Of a stretch of DNA of 64,000 nucleotides, positions 45,074 to 53,273 are shown one piece after another. This DNA is from Planctomycetota bacterium (GTDB taxonomy: Bacteria; Planctomycetota; MHYJ01; WSZJ01). The DNA lies in NCBI GenBank assembly GCA_038060895.1, contig JBBTCT010000009.1:112082-176081 (forward strand), written 5' to 3'. Each line of letters starts with the position of its first letter. Within the stretch, counting starts at the first letter, position 1. The position numbers and the translations under genes are program-made. The notes under the pieces are model-generated. The model was not told the origin of the DNA. It made no database searches and was given only the letters and a program-made list of their open reading frames with translations.

Positions 45074-46330
45074 ATGAAACCGTGGCGCTTCATTCTGCTC
45101 GCCCTCGCGCCCATCGCGGCGTTCCGCGCACAGGCCGACCCGCCGCCGGCCGAACCGGCCCGTGAGCGGCCGCCCGCCATCGCGCAGTGGGAAGACGGCC
45201 TGCGAACGCTCGTCGACGGCGCGCGCCCCTGGCTGGTCCAGATCGCCTGCCACTACAAGGTCGATGAACAGAAGGACGGCGGGTTTTCCTTCGCCAACGA
45301 ATTCAGCGGCGTGGTTCTCTCGGTCGAGAACGGTGAAGTCTATGTCGTGACGGTCGGAAGCGCCGTTCGCGGCGCGCGCAAAGTCGAGGTCATCGCGCCC
45401 GACGGGAACGATTTCTCGGCCGAGACGGTCGGGCTCGACGAGGTCACCAATCTCGCGGTCGTCCGGTTCGACCCGGGCGATGCGAAATTCACGCCGGCGC
45501 GTTTCGGCGACTCCGACAAGGTCCGGCCAGGGAGCTTTGTCCTCGCTCTCGGAAATCCCTTCGGCCTCGAAGGCTCGGTGTCGAACGGGATCGTGAGCGG
45601 CGTGAAGCGTTCGATCGGCGGCACGATCCAGCCGATGATGGGCATGCTGCAGGTCACGGCGCCGATCAACCCCGGCGACGCGGGCGGCCTGCTCCTCGAT
45701 TCCCGCGGCGACGTGATCGGCGTCCTCGCTTCGACGTTTCAGCGCGCTTCGGCCTACGACGACCTCGAAGGAGTTTTCGACAAGTTCCTTGAGGGATTCG
45801 ACTGGGAGAAATTTCTCGAGAAGGTGAAGCAGAAGAAAGACGGGCAGGAACTTCTGCCGGGAGACCTGAAGAGCCTCGTCGAGAAGCTCATGAACGAGCG
45901 CAAGAAAGCGCTTCTCAAGAGCCGCCGCAACGATCTTCTCTCGGTCCAGCAGCTCGGCGCGGAAGGAATCAACTTCGCCATCCCGTCGAACCTGGTGCGC
46001 GTGATCGCTGGCCAGTTGAAGGCCAACGGCAAGGTCGAGCGCGGGTACCTCGGCATCCGCGTCATGCCGCTGGAAAATGCGCTTCGCAAGCACCTCGGGC
46101 TTCAGCCGGGCCGCGGTCTCGTGGTGACGCTGATCGAGCCGGGCTCACCTGCGGCCCAGGCGGGGCTTCAGTTGTACGACGTCATCATGGAGGTGGACGG
46201 CAAGGACGTCAGCGACGTCAGCTCCCTCGCCGAGATCATCGGCGGCAAGAAGCAGGGCGATTCCGTGATTCTGAAGGTGCGCCGTGGCCAGGAGGACAAG
46301 GACCTGTCCGCGATCCTCGGCAAAAAGTAG
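45074..46330 (+). CDS. HtrA/DegP-like S1C protein with degenerate catalytic triad (pseudoprotease) + PDZ
   Basis: VTVGSAV (His site), TNLAV (Asp site), INPGDAGG (Ser site); GNPFGL, GINFAIP, GYLGI PDZ. Confidence 0.85.
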   Translation: MKPWRFILLALAPIAAFRAQADPPPAEPARERPPAIAQWEDGLRTLVDGARPWLVQIACHYKVDEQKDGGFSFANEFSGVVLSVENGEVYVVTVGSAVRGARKVEVIAPDGNDFSAETVGLDEVTNLAVVRFDPGDAKFTPARFGDSDKVRPGSFVLALGNPFGLEGSVSNGIVSGVKRSIGGTIQPMMGMLQVTAPINPGDAGGLLLDSRGDVIGVLASTFQRASAYDDLEGVFDKFLEGFDWEKFLEKVKQKKDGQELLPGDLKSLVEKLMNERKKALLKSRRNDLLSVQQLGAEGINFAIPSNLVRVIAGQLKANGKVERGYLGIRVMPLENALRKHLGLQPGRGLVVTLIEPGSPAAQAGLQLYDVIMEVDGKDVSDVSSLAEIIGGKKQGDSVILKVRRGQEDKDLSAILGKK

Positions 46331-46358
46331 CCCTTCGACTCGCTGCACTCGCTCAGGG
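46331..46358 (+). repeat. REP-like dispersed repeat, copy 2
   Basis: CCCTTCGACTCGCTGCACTCGCTCAGGG immediately after a TAG stop. Confidence 0.7.
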
Positions 46359-46415
46359 CGAACCGGGTCGATGGTGTGTGAAAACCTGAGAGTCCAACCA
46401 GTCCGGAGGATTGCG

Positions 46416-47357
46416 ATGCGCAGGTTTCTGCTGCCGTGCGCGATGCTGATGCTCGGAGGTCTCGCCTGGGCCCTGGAGGACGACGTTGCAGGGTGGATCA
46501 AGGACCTGGCCAGTCCGGAGCAGAAGACACGCGAGGCCGCGGCGGAGAACCTCGAAAAGGCCGGCGACCGCGCTCGGGGAGCTCTGGAAGAGGCGACGAA
46601 GTCCGAGGACCCTGAAGTCGCGTCGGAGGCGGCCGACATCCTGAAGCGGATGGCGCCGGGGGCGCGAAAGGACGAGGCCCCGAAGCAGAAGCGGCGGGTG
46701 CTCGTTCCGCTTCGCTCGAGTTCGATGCGCATCATCCTGAACGGGCAGGGAGGCCAGACGTCGATCCAGGAGGACTCGAACGGTCGGGTGGTGGTGAAGG
46801 AGACGCGCGACGGCAAGACGACGGAATACGCGGCCGATTCGCGCGAGGCGTTCACGGAGAAGTACCCGGAGGTTGCGAAAAAATACGGCCTGGACAAGGA
46901 CAATGGCGGACTCAGGCTCGACACCGGCAAGGACACGCCGGAAGCGGAGGAACTGGAGAAGCGCATCGAGGAGCTGCGCCGGGAAACCGAGGAACGCCTG
47001 CGCAAGCTGCGGGGCGCGAAAGATCTCGACAAGGACGAGCAGGACCTGAGGGAAGCGCTGGAAGAGCGGGAGAAGGCGGAAAAGAGCCGCGGCGTGTTCG
47101 GCGTGGAAATCGCCTCCGTGGACGAAGCCCTTCGATACCAGCTCGACATTCCCGAAGGAGGTGTGCTCGTTCAGTCCGTTGAGAAGGGCTCGCGCGCCGG
47201 GCGCCTCGGACTTCAAAAGCACGACATCCTGCTGACGCTCAACGGCAAACCGGTTTCAACGGCACCGGACATCCGGTCCGCGCTCGACGCCGAAGGACCC
47301 GCTACCGCAGAGATCATCCGCGAAGGCGACCGCCAGGCGCTTCGCGAAAAGGAGTAA
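46416..47357 (+). CDS. Secreted HEAT-repeat + PDZ protein
   Basis: GGAGG RBS; signal peptide; REAAAENL...DPEV HEAT; FGVEI...SRAGRLGLQKHDILLTLNG. Confidence 0.8.
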   Translation: MRRFLLPCAMLMLGGLAWALEDDVAGWIKDLASPEQKTREAAAENLEKAGDRARGALEEATKSEDPEVASEAADILKRMAPGARKDEAPKQKRRVLVPLRSSSMRIILNGQGGQTSIQEDSNGRVVVKETRDGKTTEYAADSREAFTEKYPEVAKKYGLDKDNGGLRLDTGKDTPEAEELEKRIEELRRETEERLRKLRGAKDLDKDEQDLREALEEREKAEKSRGVFGVEIASVDEALRYQLDIPEGGVLVQSVEKGSRAGRLGLQKHDILLTLNGKPVSTAPDIRSALDAEGPATAEIIREGDRQALREKE

Positions 47358-47373
47358 CGCTCCCCGCCGCATC

Positions 47374-48516
47374 ATGTCCGCTCAAATCCGCGTCACGCTG
47401 GTCCTGGTCTTTCTCGCCGGCCTCGGCCTCGGCGCGAGCCTCTTCAAGCTCTTCGCCCAGTCGCGACCCGCGCTTCCCGAAGACGCCGCCCGCGAGAATG
47501 CGTTCTCGGAAATCGCGAAACTCGAGGGCACGCTCAAGTCGTTTCCGGCCGTCGCCGCCCTCGCTTCGGAAAGCGTGGTCAGCATCAAGACCGAGCGCAC
47601 CGTGGAAGGCGGCTTCATGCGGCGGCCGGAATCTTCGCGAGGGAGCGGCTTCGTGGTGGACGAGGCGGGGTACATCCTGACGAACGACCACGTGATTGCG
47701 GATGCCACGAAGGTGCGTGTGGTGCTGCCTGGCGGGGAAGAAGTCGAGCCGAAGCTGGTGGGGACGGACCCCGCGACGGACATTGCGTTGCTGAAGGTGG
47801 AGGCGAAGGGACTGAGGCCTGCGAGGCTCGGGGACAGCGACGGAGTCGTGGTTGGGGAGTGGGTGATGGCGGTGGGGTCGCCGTACGGACTGTCGAACAC
47901 GGTGACGGCGGGGATTGTGTCCGCCAAGGGCCGCAGCGGCGTGAGCGGGATCGCGTACGAGGGATACATCCAGACGGACGCGGCGGTGAACCCGGGGAAC
48001 AGCGGCGGGCCGCTGGTGAATTTGCGCGGCGAGGTGATCGGGATCACGAGCGCGATCCTGTCGAAGTCCGGCGGCTACGACGGGATTTCGTTTGCGATTC
48101 CGGTGAACCGGGCGAAGGACGTGATGGAGCAGCTGAAGAAGAGCGGCGCGGTGGTGCGCGGGTACGTCGGCGCCAAGTTCGCCGACCTGAACGACGAGCT
48201 GGTCCGGTGGGTGAATGAGGCGACGACGCTCCGGGTGGCGGACGTCCCGGACATGCGGAAGAAGCTGAAGTACGGGGACACGGCGGGCGCCTTCATTTAC
48301 GAGGTGATCGAGGGGGGCCCGGCCCAGCGCGCGGGGCTGCGGCTGGGGGATTTTGTGACGGAGTTCAACGGGGAGGCGGTCACCTCGGTTCCCGACCTGA
48401 AGGAACGGATCGCGAGGATTTCGCCGGGGCAGGAAGTGGAGGTGTCGTACCTGCGGGGCGGGGGGAAGCAGACGGCGCGGCTGGCGGTGGCCAGGCGGCC
48501 GACGATGGGGAGGTGA
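47374..48516 (+). CDS. HtrA/DegQ family serine protease + PDZ
   Basis: GSGF, TNDHV, TDIALL, QTDAAVNPGNSGGPL: intact triad. Confidence 0.93.
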   Translation: MSAQIRVTLVLVFLAGLGLGASLFKLFAQSRPALPEDAARENAFSEIAKLEGTLKSFPAVAALASESVVSIKTERTVEGGFMRRPESSRGSGFVVDEAGYILTNDHVIADATKVRVVLPGGEEVEPKLVGTDPATDIALLKVEAKGLRPARLGDSDGVVVGEWVMAVGSPYGLSNTVTAGIVSAKGRSGVSGIAYEGYIQTDAAVNPGNSGGPLVNLRGEVIGITSAILSKSGGYDGISFAIPVNRAKDVMEQLKKSGAVVRGYVGAKFADLNDELVRWVNEATTLRVADVPDMRKKLKYGDTAGAFIYEVIEGGPAQRAGLRLGDFVTEFNGEAVTSVPDLKERIARISPGQEVEVSYLRGGGKQTARLAVARRPTMGR

Positions 48517-48545
48517 TGGGGACGTCGGGGAAAATCGAGAGCCGC

Positions 48546-48597
48546 TTGACAGCGGTCCTGCGGGGTCGTACAATGTGAGTGAACGTTCACTCGCATT
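48546..48597 (+). promoter_or_regulatory. Sigma-70 promoter plus palindromic operator (TetR-like)
   Basis: TTGACA-N17-TACAAT; AATGTGAGTGAACGTTCACTCGCATT (26 bp, one mismatched pair). Confidence 0.75.
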
Positions 48598-48654
48598 CAG
48601 GGTCTGCCCCACCTCTGCTTGCACCCCCCGCCCCCTTTCGGTTCACTTCCCCCC

Positions 48655-49137
48655 GTGAAACGCCGCCTCACCCACCTCGATCGCTCCGGCCGCGCCCACA
48701 TGGTCGATGTCGGCGCCAAACGAGTCACCCAACGCATGGCGGTCGCCGAAGCCGTCGTCCACATGCGCCCGGAGACTCTTCGACTCGTCCTCGCCGGCGG
48801 GATCAAGAAAGGCGACGCCTTCGCCGTCTCCCGCCTCGCCGGGATCATGGCCGCCAAGCAAGTGCCGGCGATCATCCCGCTCTGCCACGCCATCTCCCTC
48901 ACCTCCGTCGCCGTCGATCTCAAGCCCGAACCCCCCGGAGCCGTCCGCATCACCGCCACAGCCCGGGCCAGCGACAAGACCGGCGTTGAAATGGAGGCGC
49001 TCACTGCCGCCGCAGTCGCCGCCCTCTCGCTCTACGACATGGCCAAGGCCGTGGATCGCGAAATGACCATCGATTCGCTTCGCCTCCTCGAAAAGGCAGG
49101 AGGCCGCTCGGGGCACTTCAAGAGGAAACGGTCGTGA
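48655..49137 (+). CDS. moaC: Cyclic pyranopterin monophosphate synthase
   Basis: LTHLD..GRAHMVDV, KKGD, GIMAAK, IPLCH, TGVEMEAL, YDMAKA. Confidence 0.95.
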   Translation: MKRRLTHLDRSGRAHMVDVGAKRVTQRMAVAEAVVHMRPETLRLVLAGGIKKGDAFAVSRLAGIMAAKQVPAIIPLCHAISLTSVAVDLKPEPPGAVRITATARASDKTGVEMEALTAAAVAALSLYDMAKAVDREMTIDSLRLLEKAGGRSGHFKRKRS

Positions 49138-52100
49138 GCGAAGTAGCCGCGGCCGTCATTGCCCCCGTCGTTCCGGCTCCTCCGGAGCCCGCGGCCCCTC
49201 CGCCCCCGCCTCCGGCCTCCTGGCGTCGCGGCCTGGCCGGCGTGGTGGCCAGCCAGGCGATCGGCGCGTTCACCGACAACGCCTTCAAGGTTGCATGCGT
49301 CTTCCTCGTCGCGCGCGCGGTTTCCTCGAATTCCATCGCCATGCGCGCGGAAACGTTTAACGCCTTCATCGGAGTCGCTTTCCTCCTGCCGTTCGTCCTC
49401 TTCTCGGCCATCGCCGGGCCGGTGTCGGACAGGCTGGGAAAGCGGGGAATCCTGGTAGGCATGAAGATGGTGGACGCCATGCTGTTCCTGGGCTCGGTTT
49501 GGGCTTTCGGGGTGGGCACTCCGGCCGCCTACCTCACCGTCATGTTCCTCGTCGGGACCAGTCACGCCTTCAGCGGGCCGGCGAAGTACGGCATCCTGCC
49601 CCAGCTCGTTCCCGCCGAAAAACTCTCGTCCGCCAACGGGACGATCGAGCTGGCCACGTTCTCGGCGATCATCGCGGGGACGGTCGCCGGTGCGGCAGGC
49701 GTCGAGGTCTTCGGCGATCGGCCCGCGCTGCTCGGCTGGATCCTCGCCGCGGTTTCGCTCCTCGGCGCAGCGCTCGGCGCGCTCGTTCCAGACCTCCCCG
49801 CCATTTCGAAAAGCCGCTCCGCCAACGTCTTCTCAGAAATGTTCGGCCACTTCCGCACGATCGCACGCTCGCGGACCCTGCGCCTGACCGTCGCCGGCAT
49901 CGCCTTCTTCTGGTTCTTCGCCGCTCTCTTCCAGATGAACGCGACCCTCTATGGCGAAAAGACCATGGATCTCGGCGCGCTCAAGTCCGGTCTCCTTCTG
50001 GCGTCCGTCGCCGTCGGCATCGGCCTCGGGGCCTTCTTCGCAGGCCTCGTCTCCGGCGGAAAAGTCGAGCTCGGCCTCGTCCCGCTCGGCTCAGTCGGGA
50101 TGGGCGTCCTCGCGCTCACCCTCACCTGGGCGCACGCCAACGTCTACTTCGCCGGCGCCGCGTTCTTCGTCCTCGGCATCTCGGGCGGCTTCTTCATGGT
50201 GCCCCTCAACGCGTTGCTTCAGCAGGAAGCGCCCGACACCGGCAAGGGCGGCATGATCGCCGCCAACAACATGATCGTATTCACCGCGATGCTCGCCTCC
50301 ACGCTCGGCTACTTCCTCCTTTCGCATCATTTCTCCCCGCCGATCGTCTTCCTCGTCGCCGGGATCGCCACCCTGCTCGCGACCTGCTACATCATGTGGC
50401 TGCTGCCGGAAGCGTTCGCGCGGCTGATGCTCTGGTTCATGACCCGGACCATCTACCGGCTCACCGTCATCGGCCGCGAGAACGTCCCCGACCGCGGGCC
50501 CGCGCTCCTCGTCTGCAATCACGTGTCCTACGTCGACGGATTCCTCGTCCTGGCGTCGATCCGTCGGTTCATCCGCTTCATGGTCTTCAAGGCGTTCGCC
50601 GACGCGCCGGGACTCAACCTCCTTGCGCGCGCCATGCGCATCATTCCCGTCGACGAGCACAGCGGCCCCAAGGCCCTGCTGCGGTCGCTGCAGGTCGCCT
50701 CCGAAGCGCTTCAGAACGGCGAGCTCGTCTGCATCTTCGCGGAGGGCGAAATTTCCCGGACGGGCCAGATGAACCCGTTCCGCGGCGGGATGGAGCGCAT
50801 CCTCAAGCATGCGCCCGGCGTGCCGGTCATCCCGGTCAACCTCGACGGCGTGTGGGGCTCGATCTTCTCGCGCGCCGGCGGCAGGTTTCTCCTCAAGATG
50901 CCGAAGCACTTCCCCTATCCAGTCACCGTGTCGTTCGGGAAGCCGCTTCCCCACGACGCTTCGCCCGCCGTCGTGCGCCAGGCGATTCATGAACTGGGAG
51001 TGGAAGCGGCTTTCCTGCGGAAGAAGAACTGCAAGTCGCTGGGCGAACAGTTTGTGGCAACGTCGAGGGCGCAGCGCAGGAGATTTGCGGCGGCGGACCT
51101 GTCCGGGGCGAAGCTGACGCACGGGAAGCTGCTGGTGAAGGCGGCGTACCTGGCACGGGCGCTGAAGCCGCATTGGGACGGACAGGAACGGGTCGGGCTG
51201 CTGCTGCCTCCGAGCGTGGGCGGGTACGTGACGAACTGCGCGGCGTTGCTCGCGGGGAAGACGCCGGTGAACCTGAATTACACGGCAGGTGAAGAATCAC
51301 TGAAGTCCTGCGTCGAGCAGTGCGGGCTGCGCAACGTGCTGACGTCGAGAGCGTTCCTGGAGAAGTTCCCGATCCGCGAGATCGCGCCATTCGTGTACCT
51401 GGAAGACATCGGGGCGCAGGCGACCGCAGGCCGGAAAGTCGCGGCGCTTCTCGCCGCGACGCTCCTCCCCGTGAAGGCGCTGATGCGCTGGGCGGGCGCG
51501 ACGAGAATCCCCGACCCGGACGACGTCGCCGCGATCATTTTCTCCAGCGGATCGACGGGCGAAGCGAAAGGCGTCCAGCTCACCCATTTCAACCTCACTT
51601 CCAATCACGATTCGCTTCTCCAGATATACGCGATCGGCCCCGAGGAAGTCCTCATGGGGATCCTCCCGTTCTTCCACTCCTTCGGCTTCATGGCCACCAT
51701 GACGCTTCCCGCCTGCCGCGGCGTGGGCGTCGCGCTTCATCCCAATCCGCTGGATCCCGCGGCGATCGGGCGCCTCTGCCGGCAGTTCGGAGGCTCGTTC
51801 CTTCTTGCGACGCCGACGTTCCTGCAGAACTACACGCGCCGGTGCGATCCGGGCGATTTCGGCTCGGTGAAATACGTCATCACCGGCGCCGAGAAGCTTT
51901 CCGAGCGCGTTCGCACGGGATTCAAGGAGAAATTCGGCATCGAGCCGCTCGAAGGCTATGGCTGCACCGAGTGCGCGCCGCTGGTCTCGGTCAACGGGCC
52001 CGATTTCCGCGGCCGCGGGTTCCACCAGCTCGGCCACCGCCACGGCACCATCGGCCAGGCGTCCCCCGGCATTGCCGTCCGCATCCTCGACCCCGAGACG

Positions 52101-52610
52101 AGCGAGCCTCTTCCGCTCGGGCGGGAAGGCATGCTCATGGTCCGCGGGCCGAACGTGATGAAGGGCTACCTCGGAAAGCCCGAAGAGACGGCCAAGGTGC
52201 TCAGGGATGGCTGGTACCGCACCGGGGACATCGCGAAGATCGACGAGGACGGGTTCATCACGATTACCGACCGGCTCAACCGCTTCTCGAAGATCGCCGG
52301 CGAAATGGTGCCCCACATCAAGATCGAGGAAGCGCTGCACCTGGCGATCGGCGCGCGCGAACAGGTGCTGATCGTGACTGCCGTGCCGGACGAAAAGAAG
52401 GGCGAACGGCTCGTGGTGCTGTACACGATCTCCGAATCGAAGGTAATGATCGAGAAGCTCGGGAGCCTCGGCCTCCCGAACCTCTGGGTGCCCCGGGAGG
52501 ACCACTTCTTCAAGATCGAGGCGCTCCCGCTGCTGGGAAGCGGCAAGGCTGACCTTCGCAAAGCGCGGGACCTGGCGAAGTGGAATCTGGCGAAATCGGG
52601 GTTGATGTAG
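49134..52610 (+). CDS. aas: MFS (LplT) + PlsC acyltransferase + acyl-ACP synthetase fusion
   Basis: GAFTDNAFK, GPAKYGILP; NHVSYVD, FAEGEISR; FSSGSTGEAKG, EGYGCTE, YRTGD, RFSKIAGEM. Confidence 0.92.
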   Translation: MSEVAAAVIAPVVPAPPEPAAPPPPPPASWRRGLAGVVASQAIGAFTDNAFKVACVFLVARAVSSNSIAMRAETFNAFIGVAFLLPFVLFSAIAGPVSDRLGKRGILVGMKMVDAMLFLGSVWAFGVGTPAAYLTVMFLVGTSHAFSGPAKYGILPQLVPAEKLSSANGTIELATFSAIIAGTVAGAAGVEVFGDRPALLGWILAAVSLLGAALGALVPDLPAISKSRSANVFSEMFGHFRTIARSRTLRLTVAGIAFFWFFAALFQMNATLYGEKTMDLGALKSGLLLASVAVGIGLGAFFAGLVSGGKVELGLVPLGSVGMGVLALTLTWAHANVYFAGAAFFVLGISGGFFMVPLNALLQQEAPDTGKGGMIAANNMIVFTAMLASTLGYFLLSHHFSPPIVFLVAGIATLLATCYIMWLLPEAFARLMLWFMTRTIYRLTVIGRENVPDRGPALLVCNHVSYVDGFLVLASIRRFIRFMVFKAFADAPGLNLLARAMRIIPVDEHSGPKALLRSLQVASEALQNGELVCIFAEGEISRTGQMNPFRGGMERILKHAPGVPVIPVNLDGVWGSIFSRAGGRFLLKMPKHFPYPVTVSFGKPLPHDASPAVVRQAIHELGVEAAFLRKKNCKSLGEQFVATSRAQRRRFAAADLSGAKLTHGKLLVKAAYLARALKPHWDGQERVGLLLPPSVGGYVTNCAALLAGKTPVNLNYTAGEESLKSCVEQCGLRNVLTSRAFLEKFPIREIAPFVYLEDIGAQATAGRKVAALLAATLLPVKALMRWAGATRIPDPDDVAAIIFSSGSTGEAKGVQLTHFNLTSNHDSLLQIYAIGPEEVLMGILPFFHSFGFMATMTLPACRGVGVALHPNPLDPAAIGRLCRQFGGSFLLATPTFLQNYTRRCDPGDFGSVKYVITGAEKLSERVRTGFKEKFGIEPLEGYGCTECAPLVSVNGPDFRGRGFHQLGHRHGTIGQASPGIAVRILDPETSEPLPLGREGMLMVRGPNVMKGYLGKPEETAKVLRDGWYRTGDIAKIDEDGFITITDRLNRFSKIAGEMVPHIKIEEALHLAIGAREQVLIVTAVPDEKKGERLVVLYTISESKVMIEKLGSLGLPNLWVPREDHFFKIEALPLLGSGKADLRKARDLAKWNLAKSGLM

Positions 52611-52634
52611 CCGGCCCTCCGGGCCGGAAAGCGC

Positions 52635-52768
52635 AACTTCAAAACCGCGAACTCTCAAGCAAACCACAACTTCAAACGGAGAATTTCAGGCCTGATCGCG
52701 GGCGAAGACGGGCCCTGAATTGCATTTTGAAGTTCTCTGTTTGCTTGAGAGTTCGCGGTTTTGAAGTT
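52635..52768. repeat. AT-richer palindromic element with perfect 30-bp arms
   Basis: AACTTCAAAACCGCGAACTCTCAAGCAAAC (52635-52664) / GTTTGCTTGAGAGTTCGCGGTTTTGAAGTT (52739-52768). Confidence 0.85.
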
Positions 52769-52796
52769 TCATTTTTCCGTAAAAATGCATGTCCCA

Positions 52797-52826
52797 TTGA
52801 CAGCCCCGCTTCCCAAAACCTAGACT
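52797..52826 (+). promoter_or_regulatory. Probable sigma-70 promoter of rpmH
   Basis: TTGACA-N18-TAGACT. Confidence 0.55.
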
Positions 52827-52850
52827 CCCCGCCCCTTACGGAGATCCCCG

Positions 52851-53147
52851 ATGAGCTTTACGTTCAAGCCCCACACCCGCAAGCGCAAGAACAAGAGCGG
52901 ATTCCGCGCCCGGATGGCAACGCGGAGCGGCCGCAAGATCCTCGCCGCGCGCCGGAAGAAAGGCGCCTGGAAGCTGACCGTGTCCGACGAGCGGAACTGC
53001 CGCCGGCACCGCGAGCCCCTTCCGCGCAGCAGTTCGAACGCCGGCAAGACCCGCACGACGTACAACCGGCACTGGGCGAAGATCAAGCGGAAGAAGGATC
53101 GCGAGCGGCTGGAGAAGCGGCAGCACGCGCAGGGCAAGACGAAGTAA
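52851..53147 (+). CDS. rpmH: 50S ribosomal protein L34 with basic C-terminal extension
   Basis: [39 protein letters not shown]; GGAG RBS; 98 aa. Confidence 0.9.
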   Translation: MSFTFKPHTRKRKNKSGFRARMATRSGRKILAARRKKGAWKLTVSDERNCRRHREPLPRSSSNAGKTRTTYNRHWAKIKRKKDRERLEKRQHAQGKTK

Positions 53148-53186
53148 AACGAACTGACATTTCCTTCGACTTCCCGCCGGGGTCCA

Positions 53187-53214
53187 CCCTGAGCGAGCGG
53201 AGCGAGTCGAAGGG
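53187..53214 (-). repeat. REP-like dispersed repeat, copy 3
   Basis: Reverse complement CCCTTCGACTCGCTCCGCTCGCTCAGGG; partial inverted half CCTTCGACT at 53163-53171. Confidence 0.7.
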
Positions 53215-53273
53215 CCATCGAGAAGGCGGTCCCGAGGCATTGCCGACGGGCCGTCCCGAGTCGAGGAGGAACG

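Noticed and set aside
48598-48654. Moco riboswitch upstream of moaC
   Set aside because: The leader is too short and lacks recognisable Moco motif features; a promoter plus operator explains the region.
52770-52850. oriC near rpmH
   Set aside because: No dnaA/rnpA neighbours and no DnaA-box cluster seen.
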